Source: Nostoc sp. ChiQUE01b (lineage in GTDB: Bacteria; Cyanobacteriota; Cyanobacteriia; Cyanobacteriales; Nostocaceae). From it: a stretch of DNA of 21,609 nt. Of the stretch, positions 1 through 9,000 are shown one piece after another (within the stretch, counting starts at the first letter, position 1; each line of letters starts with the position of its first letter). A program made the position numbers and the translations under genes. The stretch is from contig NZ_JAVRBM010000030.1 in assembly GCF_034531255.1 (NCBI RefSeq), forward strand, positions 8,047 through 29,655, given 5' to 3'. The notes below the pieces were generated by a model. The model saw only the letters and a program-made list of their open reading frames with translations. It searched no databases and had not been told where the DNA came from.

Positions 1-1520
1 GTACCCTAGCCGGTCATGGTAACTCGGTAAACGCAGTTGCCCTCACCCCAGATGGTCAGTACGTAATTTCAGGTTCCCGTGACAAGACCCTCAAAGTCTG
101 GAATTGGCAAACAGGAAAACTACTGCGTACCCTAGCCGGTCATGGTAACTCGGTAAACGCAGTTGCCCTCACCCCAGATGGCAAGTACGTAATTTCAGGT
201 TCCCATGACACCACCCTCAAAGTCTGGAATTGGCAAACGGGAGAACAATTGCGTACCCTAGCTGGTCATAGTGAGTGGGTAAATGCAGTTGCCCTCACCC
301 CAGATGGCTTGTATGTAATTTCTGGTTCCCATGACAAAACCCTCAAAGTCTGGAATTGGCAGACGGGAGAACAATTGCGTACCCTAGCCGGTCATAGTGA
401 GTGGGTAAATGCAGTTGCCCTCACCCCAGATGGCCAATACGTGATTTCTAGTTCCCGTGACCACATCCTCAAAGTCTGGAATTGGCAAACAATAGAACCA
501 CTGCGTACCCTAGCAGGTCAATATCCACTCGCCCTCACTCCAGATGGCCAGTACTTGATTTCTGGTTCCGTTGACAACACCCTCAAAGTCTGGAATTGGC
601 AAACAATAGAACAACCGCGTACCCTAGCAGGTCATAGTCTTTGGGTAAATACACTCGCCCTTACCCCAGATGGCTTGTACGTGATTTCTGCTTCTGATGA
701 CAACACCCTCAAAGTCTGGAATTGGCAAACTGGAGAACTACTGCGTACCCTAACAGGTCATAGTGACAACGTATATTCACTCGCTCTTACCTCAGATAGC
801 TTGTACGTGATTTCTGGTTCCGGTGACAACACCCTCAAAGTCTGGAATTGGCAAACGGGAAAACTACTCTGGAATTGGCAAACAGGAGAAGAAATGCGTA
901 CCCTAGTTGGTCATGGTGACAAGGTAATTGCACTCGCCCTCACCCCAGATAGTCAGTACGTGATTTCTGGTTCCCATGACAACACCCTCAAAGTCTGGAA
1001 TTGGCGAACCGGAGAAGAAATGCGTACCTTAACAGGTCATAGTGACTGGGCATATGCACTCGCCCTCACTCCAGATGGCAATTACGTGATTTCTAGTTCC
1101 CGTGACAACACCCTCAAAGTCTGGAATTGGCAAACTGGAGAACTACTGCGTACCCTAACAGGTCATAGTGACTTGGTAAATGCAGTTGCCCTCACCCCAG
1201 ATGGCAAGTACGTGATTTCTGCTTCCGGTGACAACACCCTCAAAGTCTGGAATTGGCAAACTGGAGAACTACTGCGTACCCTAACAGGTCATAGTAACTG
1301 GGCATATGCACTCGCCCTCACCCCAGATGGCAAGTACGTAATTTCTAGTTCCCGTGATAACACCCTCAAAGTCTGGAATTGGCAAACTGGAGAACTACTG
1401 CGTACCCTAGCAGGTCATAGTAGCTGGATATATGTACTTGCCCTCACCCCAGATGGCAAGTACGTGATTTCTGGTTCCCGTGATAACATCCTCAAAGTCT
1501 GGAATTGGCAAACCGGGGAA
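1..1520 (+). repeat. In-frame tandem repeat array with a 126-nt period (WD40 blades)
   Basis: nt 1-126 and 127-252 are almost identical, and the same unit recurs through about 1520. Two irregular units break the pattern: a 12-nt deletion near 519-527 and a 27-nt tandem duplication at 841-867/868-894. Confidence 0.9.
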
Positions 1521-1649
1521 GTAATTGCCAGTTTCGTAGGGGATGGGGAAATATCTTGCTGTGCTGTTGCACCCGATGGCATGAGAGTTGTTGTTGGGGA
1601 TGCATCAGGAGGGGTACATTTTTTGCGATTGCAAGGCACAAAAGAGTAA
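1..1649 (+). CDS. WD40-repeat protein, C-terminal part. The 5' end lies outside the window and codon phase starts at nt 3.
   Basis: The frame is open from the window edge to TAA 1647-1649. Translation gives 12 near-identical 42-aa units (TLxGHxxxVxxxALTPDGxYVISGSxDxTLKVWNWQTGxxLR) plus a degenerate last blade (SFVGDGEISCCAVAPDGMRVVVGDASGGVHFLRLQG). The track ORF at 249 begins at an internal TTG only because the gene is truncated by the window. Confidence 0.9.
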   Translation, partial: TLAGHGNSVNAVALTPDGQYVISGSRDKTLKVWNWQTGKLLRTLAGHGNSVNAVALTPDGKYVISGSHDTTLKVWNWQTGEQLRTLAGHSEWVNAVALTPDGLYVISGSHDKTLKVWNWQTGEQLRTLAGHSEWVNAVALTPDGQYVISSSRDHILKVWNWQTIEPLRTLAGQYPLALTPDGQYLISGSVDNTLKVWNWQTIEQPRTLAGHSLWVNTLALTPDGLYVISASDDNTLKVWNWQTGELLRTLTGHSDNVYSLALTSDSLYVISGSGDNTLKVWNWQTGKLLWNWQTGEEMRTLVGHGDKVIALALTPDSQYVISGSHDNTLKVWNWRTGEEMRTLTGHSDWAYALALTPDGNYVISSSRDNTLKVWNWQTGELLRTLTGHSDLVNAVALTPDGKYVISASGDNTLKVWNWQTGELLRTLTGHSNWAYALALTPDGKYVISSSRDNTLKVWNWQTGELLRTLAGHSSWIYVLALTPDGKYVISGSRDNILKVWNWQTGEVIASFVGDGEISCCAVAPDGMRVVVGDASGGVHFLRLQGTKE

Positions 1650-1946
1650 TTCATAATTTGTAGTTGGGCTGAGATGAGCAAGGCCGATATTTGCGTCACT
1701 TAACTCTTAGAAGCTTTACATGGTAAAGCTTTCCTCTAAAATTCGGGCTTTTCAGTATTCATATTAAACTCAAATCCCAACAATGGGTCAGAAGTTGGTA
1801 TGTGCCTTTAAATCTTTAGTGTTGCTGAATCAATTTATAATGGGGTAATACTTCACGTAACCTACACTGAACGCAGTGACCGTATCCGGTTAATATCGGC
1901 ACGAAGGGCAACAAAATATGAAAGAGACGAGTACTATCGCCAGAAT
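1650..1946 (+). pseudogene. BrnT (DUF497) toxin remnant, inactivated by three in-frame stop codons
   Basis: A single frame (positions divisible by 3) reads ..SWAEMSKADICVT*LLEALHGKAFL*NSGFSVFILNSNPNNGSEVGMCL*IFSVAESIYNGVILHVTYTERSDRIRLISARRATKYERDEYYRQ. The C-terminal part matches the BrnT signature (vvyTeR.d.iRiISARkAt..Er..Y). The WxE..KA, HG..F and VF positions are also in register. The stops are TAA 1701-1703, 1737-1739 and 1809-1811, and there is no start codon. Confidence 0.6.
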
Positions 1947-1961
1947 GCACAGGACGGGACG

Positions 1962-2309
1962 GTGGTTGAAGTTTTACCGGACGGCAGCGAACAACCCATT
2001 TCCAGCCAACCTATGCGTTCTATGACGGAAGAAGAAATTATAGCTGCGGCATTCACTGACCCCGATGCTATTCCCCTGACGGAAGAGCAGCTAAAAACTG
2101 CCCGTCGTGTCCCTCGTGTCAAAACGATGCGCCGTGCCTTGCAACTGACCCAAGAGGAATTTGCAGCGCGTTATCATATCCCGCTTGGTACTTTGCGTGA
2201 TTGGGAGCAAGGACGCAGCAAACCTGACGAAACAGCACAGGCATATCTTAAGGCTATTGCGGGTAATCCCGAAGCTGTTTATCAGGCATTGCGGTTCACG
2301 CCTCAATGA
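1962..2309 (+). CDS. XRE-type HTH antitoxin-like regulator (COG2944-like, the usual partner of DUF497 toxins)
   Basis: The sequence MRRALQLTQEEFAARYHIPLGTLRDWEQGRSKPDETAQAYLKAIAGNPEAVYQAL has the HTH plus DWEQGRxxP signature. The N-terminal part (TEEEIIAAAFTDPDAIPLTEEQL) is typical of this family. The start is ambiguous: GTG 1962 (AGGA 8 nt upstream), or ATG 2013 or 2022. The frame runs on from the toxin remnant with no intervening stop. Confidence 0.75.
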   Translation: MVEVLPDGSEQPISSQPMRSMTEEEIIAAAFTDPDAIPLTEEQLKTARRVPRVKTMRRALQLTQEEFAARYHIPLGTLRDWEQGRSKPDETAQAYLKAIAGNPEAVYQALRFTPQ

Positions 2310-2405
2310 TTTCAAGAGAAGGCTTTTGTTCACCTCTTCCCGTGAGGATTTGGTAACACGCTTTGGACAAAGCACGTTGCACTAAGATAATTTTAAGACT
2401 CACGT

Positions 2406-3029
2406 ATGCTGTCACCGATGGATTTTGTTGAACCTGCTGATTGGACTAGAAGAAAAAAAGAATTTAACTCTGAAGCATGGTTGTGTCTTTATCAACAGGC
2501 ATGGATAGAAGGGTATGTGTACGGACGGCAAGAAGAGTGGAACGATATTATCGTCAATCTCCTCATTAGTCGATTTGGAAAAATTGATGAAAAATTACAG
2601 GCGTTCGTCAATCCTTTACAACAAAATTTGGCTACATCCAGTCTTAGCATTTTATTATCATTTCTCTCGACCCTTTCGGATGAAGAATTCTTGAAACGCT
2701 TGCATAATGGAAGTTTGATGAATGATCTCACTCGTAACATTACGTTTAAATCATCTTCAAATGCTTCCAGTAAAAATTTGAAAAACAATAAAAAATACTC
2801 TACGTTGCAAGCAGAACAAACGGGCTGGCAAGATGGTCAACAAACAGGGATGGCAGAAGAGCGAAATGATATTATCCGCAATCTTCTCGTTAGTCAGTTT
2901 GGGGTTATTGATGAAGAATTAGAGGCAACCGTCAATCCGTTAACAGCATTACCTACGTCTGAGTTTAGTAGTTTACTGTTATCGCTCTCGAATCTTTCAC
3001 GGGAACAGCTTCTCGCACGTTTTGGGTAG
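2406..3029 (+). CDS. Protein with two tandem DUF4351-like repeats
   Basis: Two internal copies are present: EEWNDIIVNLLISRFGKIDEKLQAFVNPLQ..LSILLSFLSTLSDEEFLKRL and EERNDIIRNLLVSQFGVIDEELEATVNPLT..FSSLLLSLSNLSREQLLARF. Both resemble the C-terminal DUF4351 module of cyanobacterial Rpn/PD-(D/E)XK proteins. No nuclease domain is present. Confidence 0.6.
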   Translation: MLSPMDFVEPADWTRRKKEFNSEAWLCLYQQAWIEGYVYGRQEEWNDIIVNLLISRFGKIDEKLQAFVNPLQQNLATSSLSILLSFLSTLSDEEFLKRLHNGSLMNDLTRNITFKSSSNASSKNLKNNKKYSTLQAEQTGWQDGQQTGMAEERNDIIRNLLVSQFGVIDEELEATVNPLTALPTSEFSSLLLSLSNLSREQLLARFG

Positions 3030-3063
3030 AAGGGGCTACATTAGCTTTTTTCTAAAGCCCCTT
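3030..3063. terminator. Hairpin between convergent genes (candidate bidirectional terminator)
   Basis: AAGGGGCT (3030-3037) and AGCCCCTT (3056-3063) form a perfect 8-bp stem around an 18-nt T-rich loop. The 3' arm overlaps the stop codon of the 3062..9007 gene. There is no clear U-tract after the stem on either strand. Confidence 0.35.
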
Positions 3064-6000
3064 ATCGCTGTTTCAACGCTGAAATCTCCTGCATGAATTG
3101 CACACCAGAATGTTCAGCCAGCTTGAGAAAATGCTCTACATCTTTCTCCCGCACTGTTGTCCGCTCAAGGCTATCGCCGTTGACTTGCAATATTGTCTCT
3201 GCTTTGCTGCCTGTTCGTGCTTGCACTGTCAGTTTGTCCCCTTGCTGCGTGCATTCATAGCGCCCATGCTTCAGGCTAACCCCGCCCCAGATGTCCAATT
3301 GCGCCTCTGTTGCCAGCAAGAGCTGCACCGTCTCCAATAATACCTGTCCCCGTTCCTGGTACGGGCGATACTTCGCCAAATCTCCTTCAATAATGTTTTG
3401 AAGATAGCGCGATAGGGGTGCGGACTCCTGGGCATTCTCCAACGTTTGCATGTGATGTCTACGTTCTGATTCCAGTCCCAAGTCACGAACTGCTTGGAGC
3501 CAGGTTTGTATGCTGAGGGCATCAGATGCTTCCGCATTCTCTTCGTTAGCTTCTGGCAGAGAATTTTCAGGGATAGTTTCACTCTGCGACGATATGCTGA
3601 ATGTTAAGGCAAGTGCAGGATTTTCGAGAGATTGTTCCTCACTATCTGTGAAGGTAAACTCCCTCTCTCCCCTGGTTTGTGAATTTAGGGATAACTGCTT
3701 CCGCATCGCCTCCCCAAATCCTTGATGCAGCAGGTTTCTGGAAAACGTGGTGGCATAAGAGCGATCGCAGTTTCGCCATTCCCTACCCAACGAAGTGACG
3801 GCTGTTTCAGCCAGGGTTAAGCCGCCATCCGTGTCGATGGTGAAAATCATCTCACTATTAATAAAAGTATCGCCGTTCTCGGTCAGATAATGCGTCAGGT
3901 ATAACCGATCATCATGCCGCTCGATGACCAGGGGGATAAACGGCTCATTCTCGATTTTGTGATGAAACTCTTCTCCCTTCATCACCGTCGAAGATAATCC
4001 CCCTCGTTCCAGCAGTTTGGCGATATTCTTCTCTGGCGTACCCCGTTGTGCCGCAGGAGGAGTGATCGCTGACGGCAGCTTGTTCACCGAATCAGTGCTG
4101 ATACCTGACTCCATATCTGGTTCAGGAACAGGAGAAGGAGTTTCAGGGACAGCTACAGGCATTTCAGCCACTTCAGCAAACGTCCCCAACGCTATCCCCA
4201 GCATCGCCCGTGCTGCTTCCCTCTGCTCATAGGCAGCCAGCGCATAATCCCGCTCTCGCATCACGAACGCCAGCACCGCTTCCAGTGCCTCTCCATCCAC
4301 CAGACATTCCATGCGATCGCCCACCGAATAAAACTCCGCTCCAGCAGCTTCTAGCAATTCCTCATCCAGATAATATTTACCGCCAGCATCTTTCGCTTTC
4401 GGTGTTTGTAGCAGGAAGGTTCCCCCCTGCCCTAGCTTGATGGTCAAGTGCTTATCCGCCGTTTTAAGCTGTCCGCCCTGTTCTGTCAGGAATCGCCACG
4501 CATCCTCAACGGTTGGCATGGTCACGCCCATTTGCTCCAGGGCAGCTTCGGCATCAAACCCCCGCGAGGTCAACAAGCCCTGACGAATGTTACCGTGGGC
4601 ATCCGTAAAATTGACCATCTTGCCGGGAAACTTCTCCCACGCCCGCAGCAGGTTCCCCGTGAACATCTGCCGTTTCTCCCGCGTCCGCGTTTGGTAATAG
4701 TCGAACAGATCGTAAACCGCTGTTCCCTCTGGCGTTTTATCAGTCCCTTCCACACGAACCGCATTCTCTTTGCCCGTGTTCACCTGCGACAGCGGCAGGG
4801 ATAGCTCCTGCACGGAATCTGCCAGCAACAACCGTATCTCCCAGGAGGACGGCGCAACAGGGTTGGCAGCAACACCCGTATGGTTTACACCCGCCACCAC
4901 CCCATAAAACACATCGTTTTTCTCGGTCGTCAGACACACCGCCTGCCCCACTGTCAACGCCTGCATCATATGCGTCACCTGATAAAACTGGTTATCAATG
5001 GTGGAGCTTCTGTCAGCCGGGACTTGCAATTTATACTGCCTTGCCTGCTCCTCAAGTGCTTCGATATCCGCCTTGACTTGCTCACAGGAGGCTTGCTGAA
5101 TGCTGCTTTGTGTCGCATCAGTTACCGTATCGGGCGGCGATAATCCTAAAGAGTCATGCAGCTTTTGCACCACCATTAGCGTTGTGTAGGGCTTGCGCGG
5201 CGTTTTCACATCAACAATTTCCGCATACACCGCCCCTGTAAACGGTGAATGACTGTTGGCATCGCTAGGCAACACCTCCATCCGTGCCAAGGTTTTAGCA
5301 TCGAGGTTGAGGGTGCTGGCTTCCAGAATCGATTCGCCCATTGCCTCCTGTGTCGCTACGAACTCCGTATATTTTTTCTCAATCAGGTCGTAAAGGGCTG
5401 ACTGCTCGGCAATAGGTAACAGGGGAATCCTGCCCGTCACCTTGCGGATTGAATCACCAGCGGATAAAGTGCCATGTAAAGGGTTGTGTGATGCTTGCAG
5501 TGGGTAATCAAGTCTTTCGTGAATATCAGGGTAAGCTTTCATCAGTTCGATGATTACCCGATCGCCGTACTCATTCATAAAATCCGGTACATTCTCCAAT
5601 GAAAACGCCCCAGACCGGGCGGCTGTGGTATTGGCATTGAGCGATGCCATCTTCCGCGCCAGCACTGCTCCCGGACGCTTTTCCGCTGGGATGTCTGCCA
5701 TCAGCAGTGTGAAATTGGGTGGCACAACCTGCCCAGTACGATGCACCCGCCCTAACATTTGCATGAACGAATTAATATCTGCTTCGGGTTGCGCCACAAT
5801 CATGTGCCGCTGCCGTTGGTCACGAAACCGCTCTGAGGCATGAAGCGAAATCCCTGTGGAACCAGAGCGGTTGAGCAGAATCACGTCAAGCTGTCCATCG
5901 TTAAAAGCGTTAACCGTCCGCACTGCCGCTTCTTTGCTACGCTCTGCGTTGCCGCGTCGCTGGTAAACCGTTGTGCCATCAGCGTTGTAGAGCGCGATAT

Positions 6001-9000
6001 GCTCCCGCCCCGTCACTTCCCCTACCCGATAACCCTCCTGGTTCAGCCGAAACGTAATGTAATCAATGGGACTGACCGGAATCTGGCTGAAATCAGTCTC
6101 GTTAATCAAATCCTGGATGGCGTGATATCTCGCTGTTGCTGCTATGCCCAATTCTTCATCAGTCAGTCTGTGGCAGGTCTTTTCACCATACGGATTCCCT
6201 AAAATGACATCACGGCTACGGTCTAAATACCGATGTAAGATTGTGCCGAAATCAGCATCCAGGGTATCGCCTGGGCGCAAATCTAGCATCTCAGCTTGAC
6301 GACCAATCATACTGCCCATTGTGTTTGACAGTGCCAGCACTGGCTTCTCCGGTTCTGGCTGACGCAGCAGGGATAGGGATTGCTGTACTGTTTCTTCGGC
6401 TTTGAGGGCAAACAACATCTGGTCAACAATGTTGTGCATCAGACTGGTAAAATTGGTACTGGTTGCCCCAGCCGCCCCTGTAGCATTATCCCCAAACGCC
6501 CGTTTTGCTTCGGCTTTCAGGTCTTTGTCCATTCCCTCAACCACATCCTGCTTCAGGCGGTCAAACTCCATAATCTCTGCCATAATCAGCGAGATGTTTT
6601 CCGCAACATCATGGTTGACCGGGGCAACAACCGAGTCAAACCGTACCCCTTCAAACGACCGCTCCCGGCGAATATATTGCCCTGATTCGGTCAACATTGA
6701 GGCGAGAGTTTGCTGCAACGGTACACCCCCCGATGCCACCAGTTCGGTCAGGTTCGCCATATTACTGAGGGCAAGCCGCATATCAGTACGAGAGTACAAA
6801 TCCATTACTTGCGGATTCTTGGCATAAGTGGCACTCGAATACACCACCCCAAGCGATCGCTGCACCAATTCCCGCACAAAATCCGCCCGGTTGGAAGCAC
6901 CCGCCGACTTGGCATTTTTATTGTTGGAGCCTCCCGCCTCATGGCTCTCATCCAGAATCACCAAGCTGTTGGGGGCAAACTGGCGCAGAAAATCCCGGCG
7001 ATAGGGTTCCTGCCTTTTGACCGTTTGCAATTGGGAGTACGTTGTAAAAATGGCATCGTACCTGCCTAAGTCTCCATCTGCCTGTATGCGTTTGAGTACC
7101 TGATGATGCTGTTTAGTGTTGGTTGACAGGGTGCGTCCATCTGGCAGCGGTAAGGTTAAATCGGGATTCGTGACCAACGGATTAAACCTCGGCATCCCGA
7201 TATCTTCTAAATCCCGAATCATGTCTGCATAGAGAGCTGGGTCTTTGGTCACAAAAATAGGTGTCCGCCCCGTAACATTCGCATAGCGAATCATCCCTGC
7301 TACAACGCGCCCCTTCCCAATCCCCGTTTGATCACCCAGGATAAACCCGCCACCTTTCTCCAGATTGGACACGGCCAGGGCAATCGCGTCCACCTGTTCC
7401 GCACTGAAGTGCTGGTGCAACTCCTCTGTTGTCCCATAAGCAAGGCGGTCAGCGACATACGCATCCAGTTCTGCCACCTGGCGCTCTAACTTCAACAGGG
7501 CTTGGTTAACACCCGTTTGCATGTTGGCGGGAACCAGTGTACCGATTGCCCGTGCCCCACTTTTGGGGTGATAGGGAAGCTGTTTCGGTTGTTCTACCGT
7601 AGTAGCAGGTCGATTGTTCCTATCAGCCACTCCTCCAGTGTCGGCTGTACGTCCGGCGTGTTGAATTTCCACAGTAGTCGTTCTATCCGTTCGCTGTTCG
7701 TTTCCACCTGCACCGGAAACGAGATTGCCAGAAATTGCAGCCGCAATTCGATAATGTCGCTCTCGAACACCAGGAACCGCGCCCAAGCTGTCTGCCATTC
7801 CTGTATCCCTTGGGGCGTGTGGGGTATCTCCGGTAACATCGGTCTGCGCTGATAAATTGAGAACGGGCGCGTCCTCACTAGGAGCATCTCGTGTGTCTCC
7901 TCTACCGACGCTTCCGCCTCCTCCATCCACATCTCGATCAGCCATTCCAAGCGACGGCACAGCAGTTCCTGATAACGGTTCTGACTCAACTGGGTTTCGT
8001 TCGCTGGTACTAGCACTGTGAAAACTCGCTCCTCCTCCAGGGGCGACCACACGTTCGGATCGGGAAAGTACGTCATCGAGAAATTCTCCCAGTTCATCAA
8101 AAGTTCGGTACAGACGCGGTACGTCCGCCGCAGGTAAGCGTCGGTCTGACTTTCCCCGACCATCAATCACGATCATATCGATGGGAAAGCCTGCCCCTTG
8201 TTTCCGGTAGAGATTGCCAAAAATCGAAAAATGGTCAACCACGTTGAAGTTTTGATACAGGGTATAGTAAAAACCCCGGCTCTCCCGGCTGTTATAGCGA
8301 TCGCTGCGGATATCTTCATCCATGCCCAGCTTGCCGCCCAAAATTAGCACCGCTCTGCCATCCGGCTTCATCGCTGACAACCCTTGCAGGGCAATGGCAT
8401 GGTCAATCTGGGTAGTCTGGAACTTGCCAAACTGAAACTGCTTTGGTCTTCCTGGTGATGCATCCACCGTCCCAAACGGGGGATTCATAATCACAACATC
8501 GTGCAGCTGACTCGGTGTAAAACGGCTGGCATCTGCTTCTGTCACCGTATAGCCCTGCTCCCGCAAATCCCCTGCCCGTGCCGGGTTTAACTCGTTGACC
8601 GTCACCTTGTCCGGGGTTGCTCCCAGCAACAACGCTCCATGCCCCGCACTCGGTTCATACACTGTTGTATCTGAATTGACACCAGCCAAGACAGAGGCAA
8701 GATAGGCAATGGGTAACGGGGTGCTGTACGCTTGCTGGGCAACACTGGTGCTAGAGCGCACATTTAGGGCTGGCTGGCGATTGTGCAATTCAACAAGCTG
8801 GCGATAAGCATCCTGCGGTGTCGCTGCTCCCGTTACAATATCCTGAGCAACACGAACTAAGGCGGATTCGACAACTTCATCCACCTGTTTGGCGAGTGGC
8901 GAACCAGGCGATACATATTCCCCAATGTATGGCACAGCAAACGCTCTCGCCTCGGTAATCGTAGAAAATCTACCTCCCGATGCAAAATGTTCCGTCAGGG

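Noticed and set aside
1-1520. Regular 126-nt periodicity could be mistaken for a CRISPR or satellite array
   Set aside because: The repeats are contiguous with no unique spacers. They are in frame and translate to canonical WD40 blades, so this is a coding repeat.
2091-2385. The 94-aa minus-strand ORF and the 74-aa plus-strand ORF overlapping the antitoxin gene
   Set aside because: They overlap a recognisable HTH gene and have no family resemblance. They are most likely spurious.
3098-7069. Many 60-141-aa plus-strand ORFs antisense to the giant gene
   Set aside because: These are antisense shadows of a continuously conserved 1981-codon ORF. They are low in complexity or Cys/Arg-rich, with no ribosome-binding sites.
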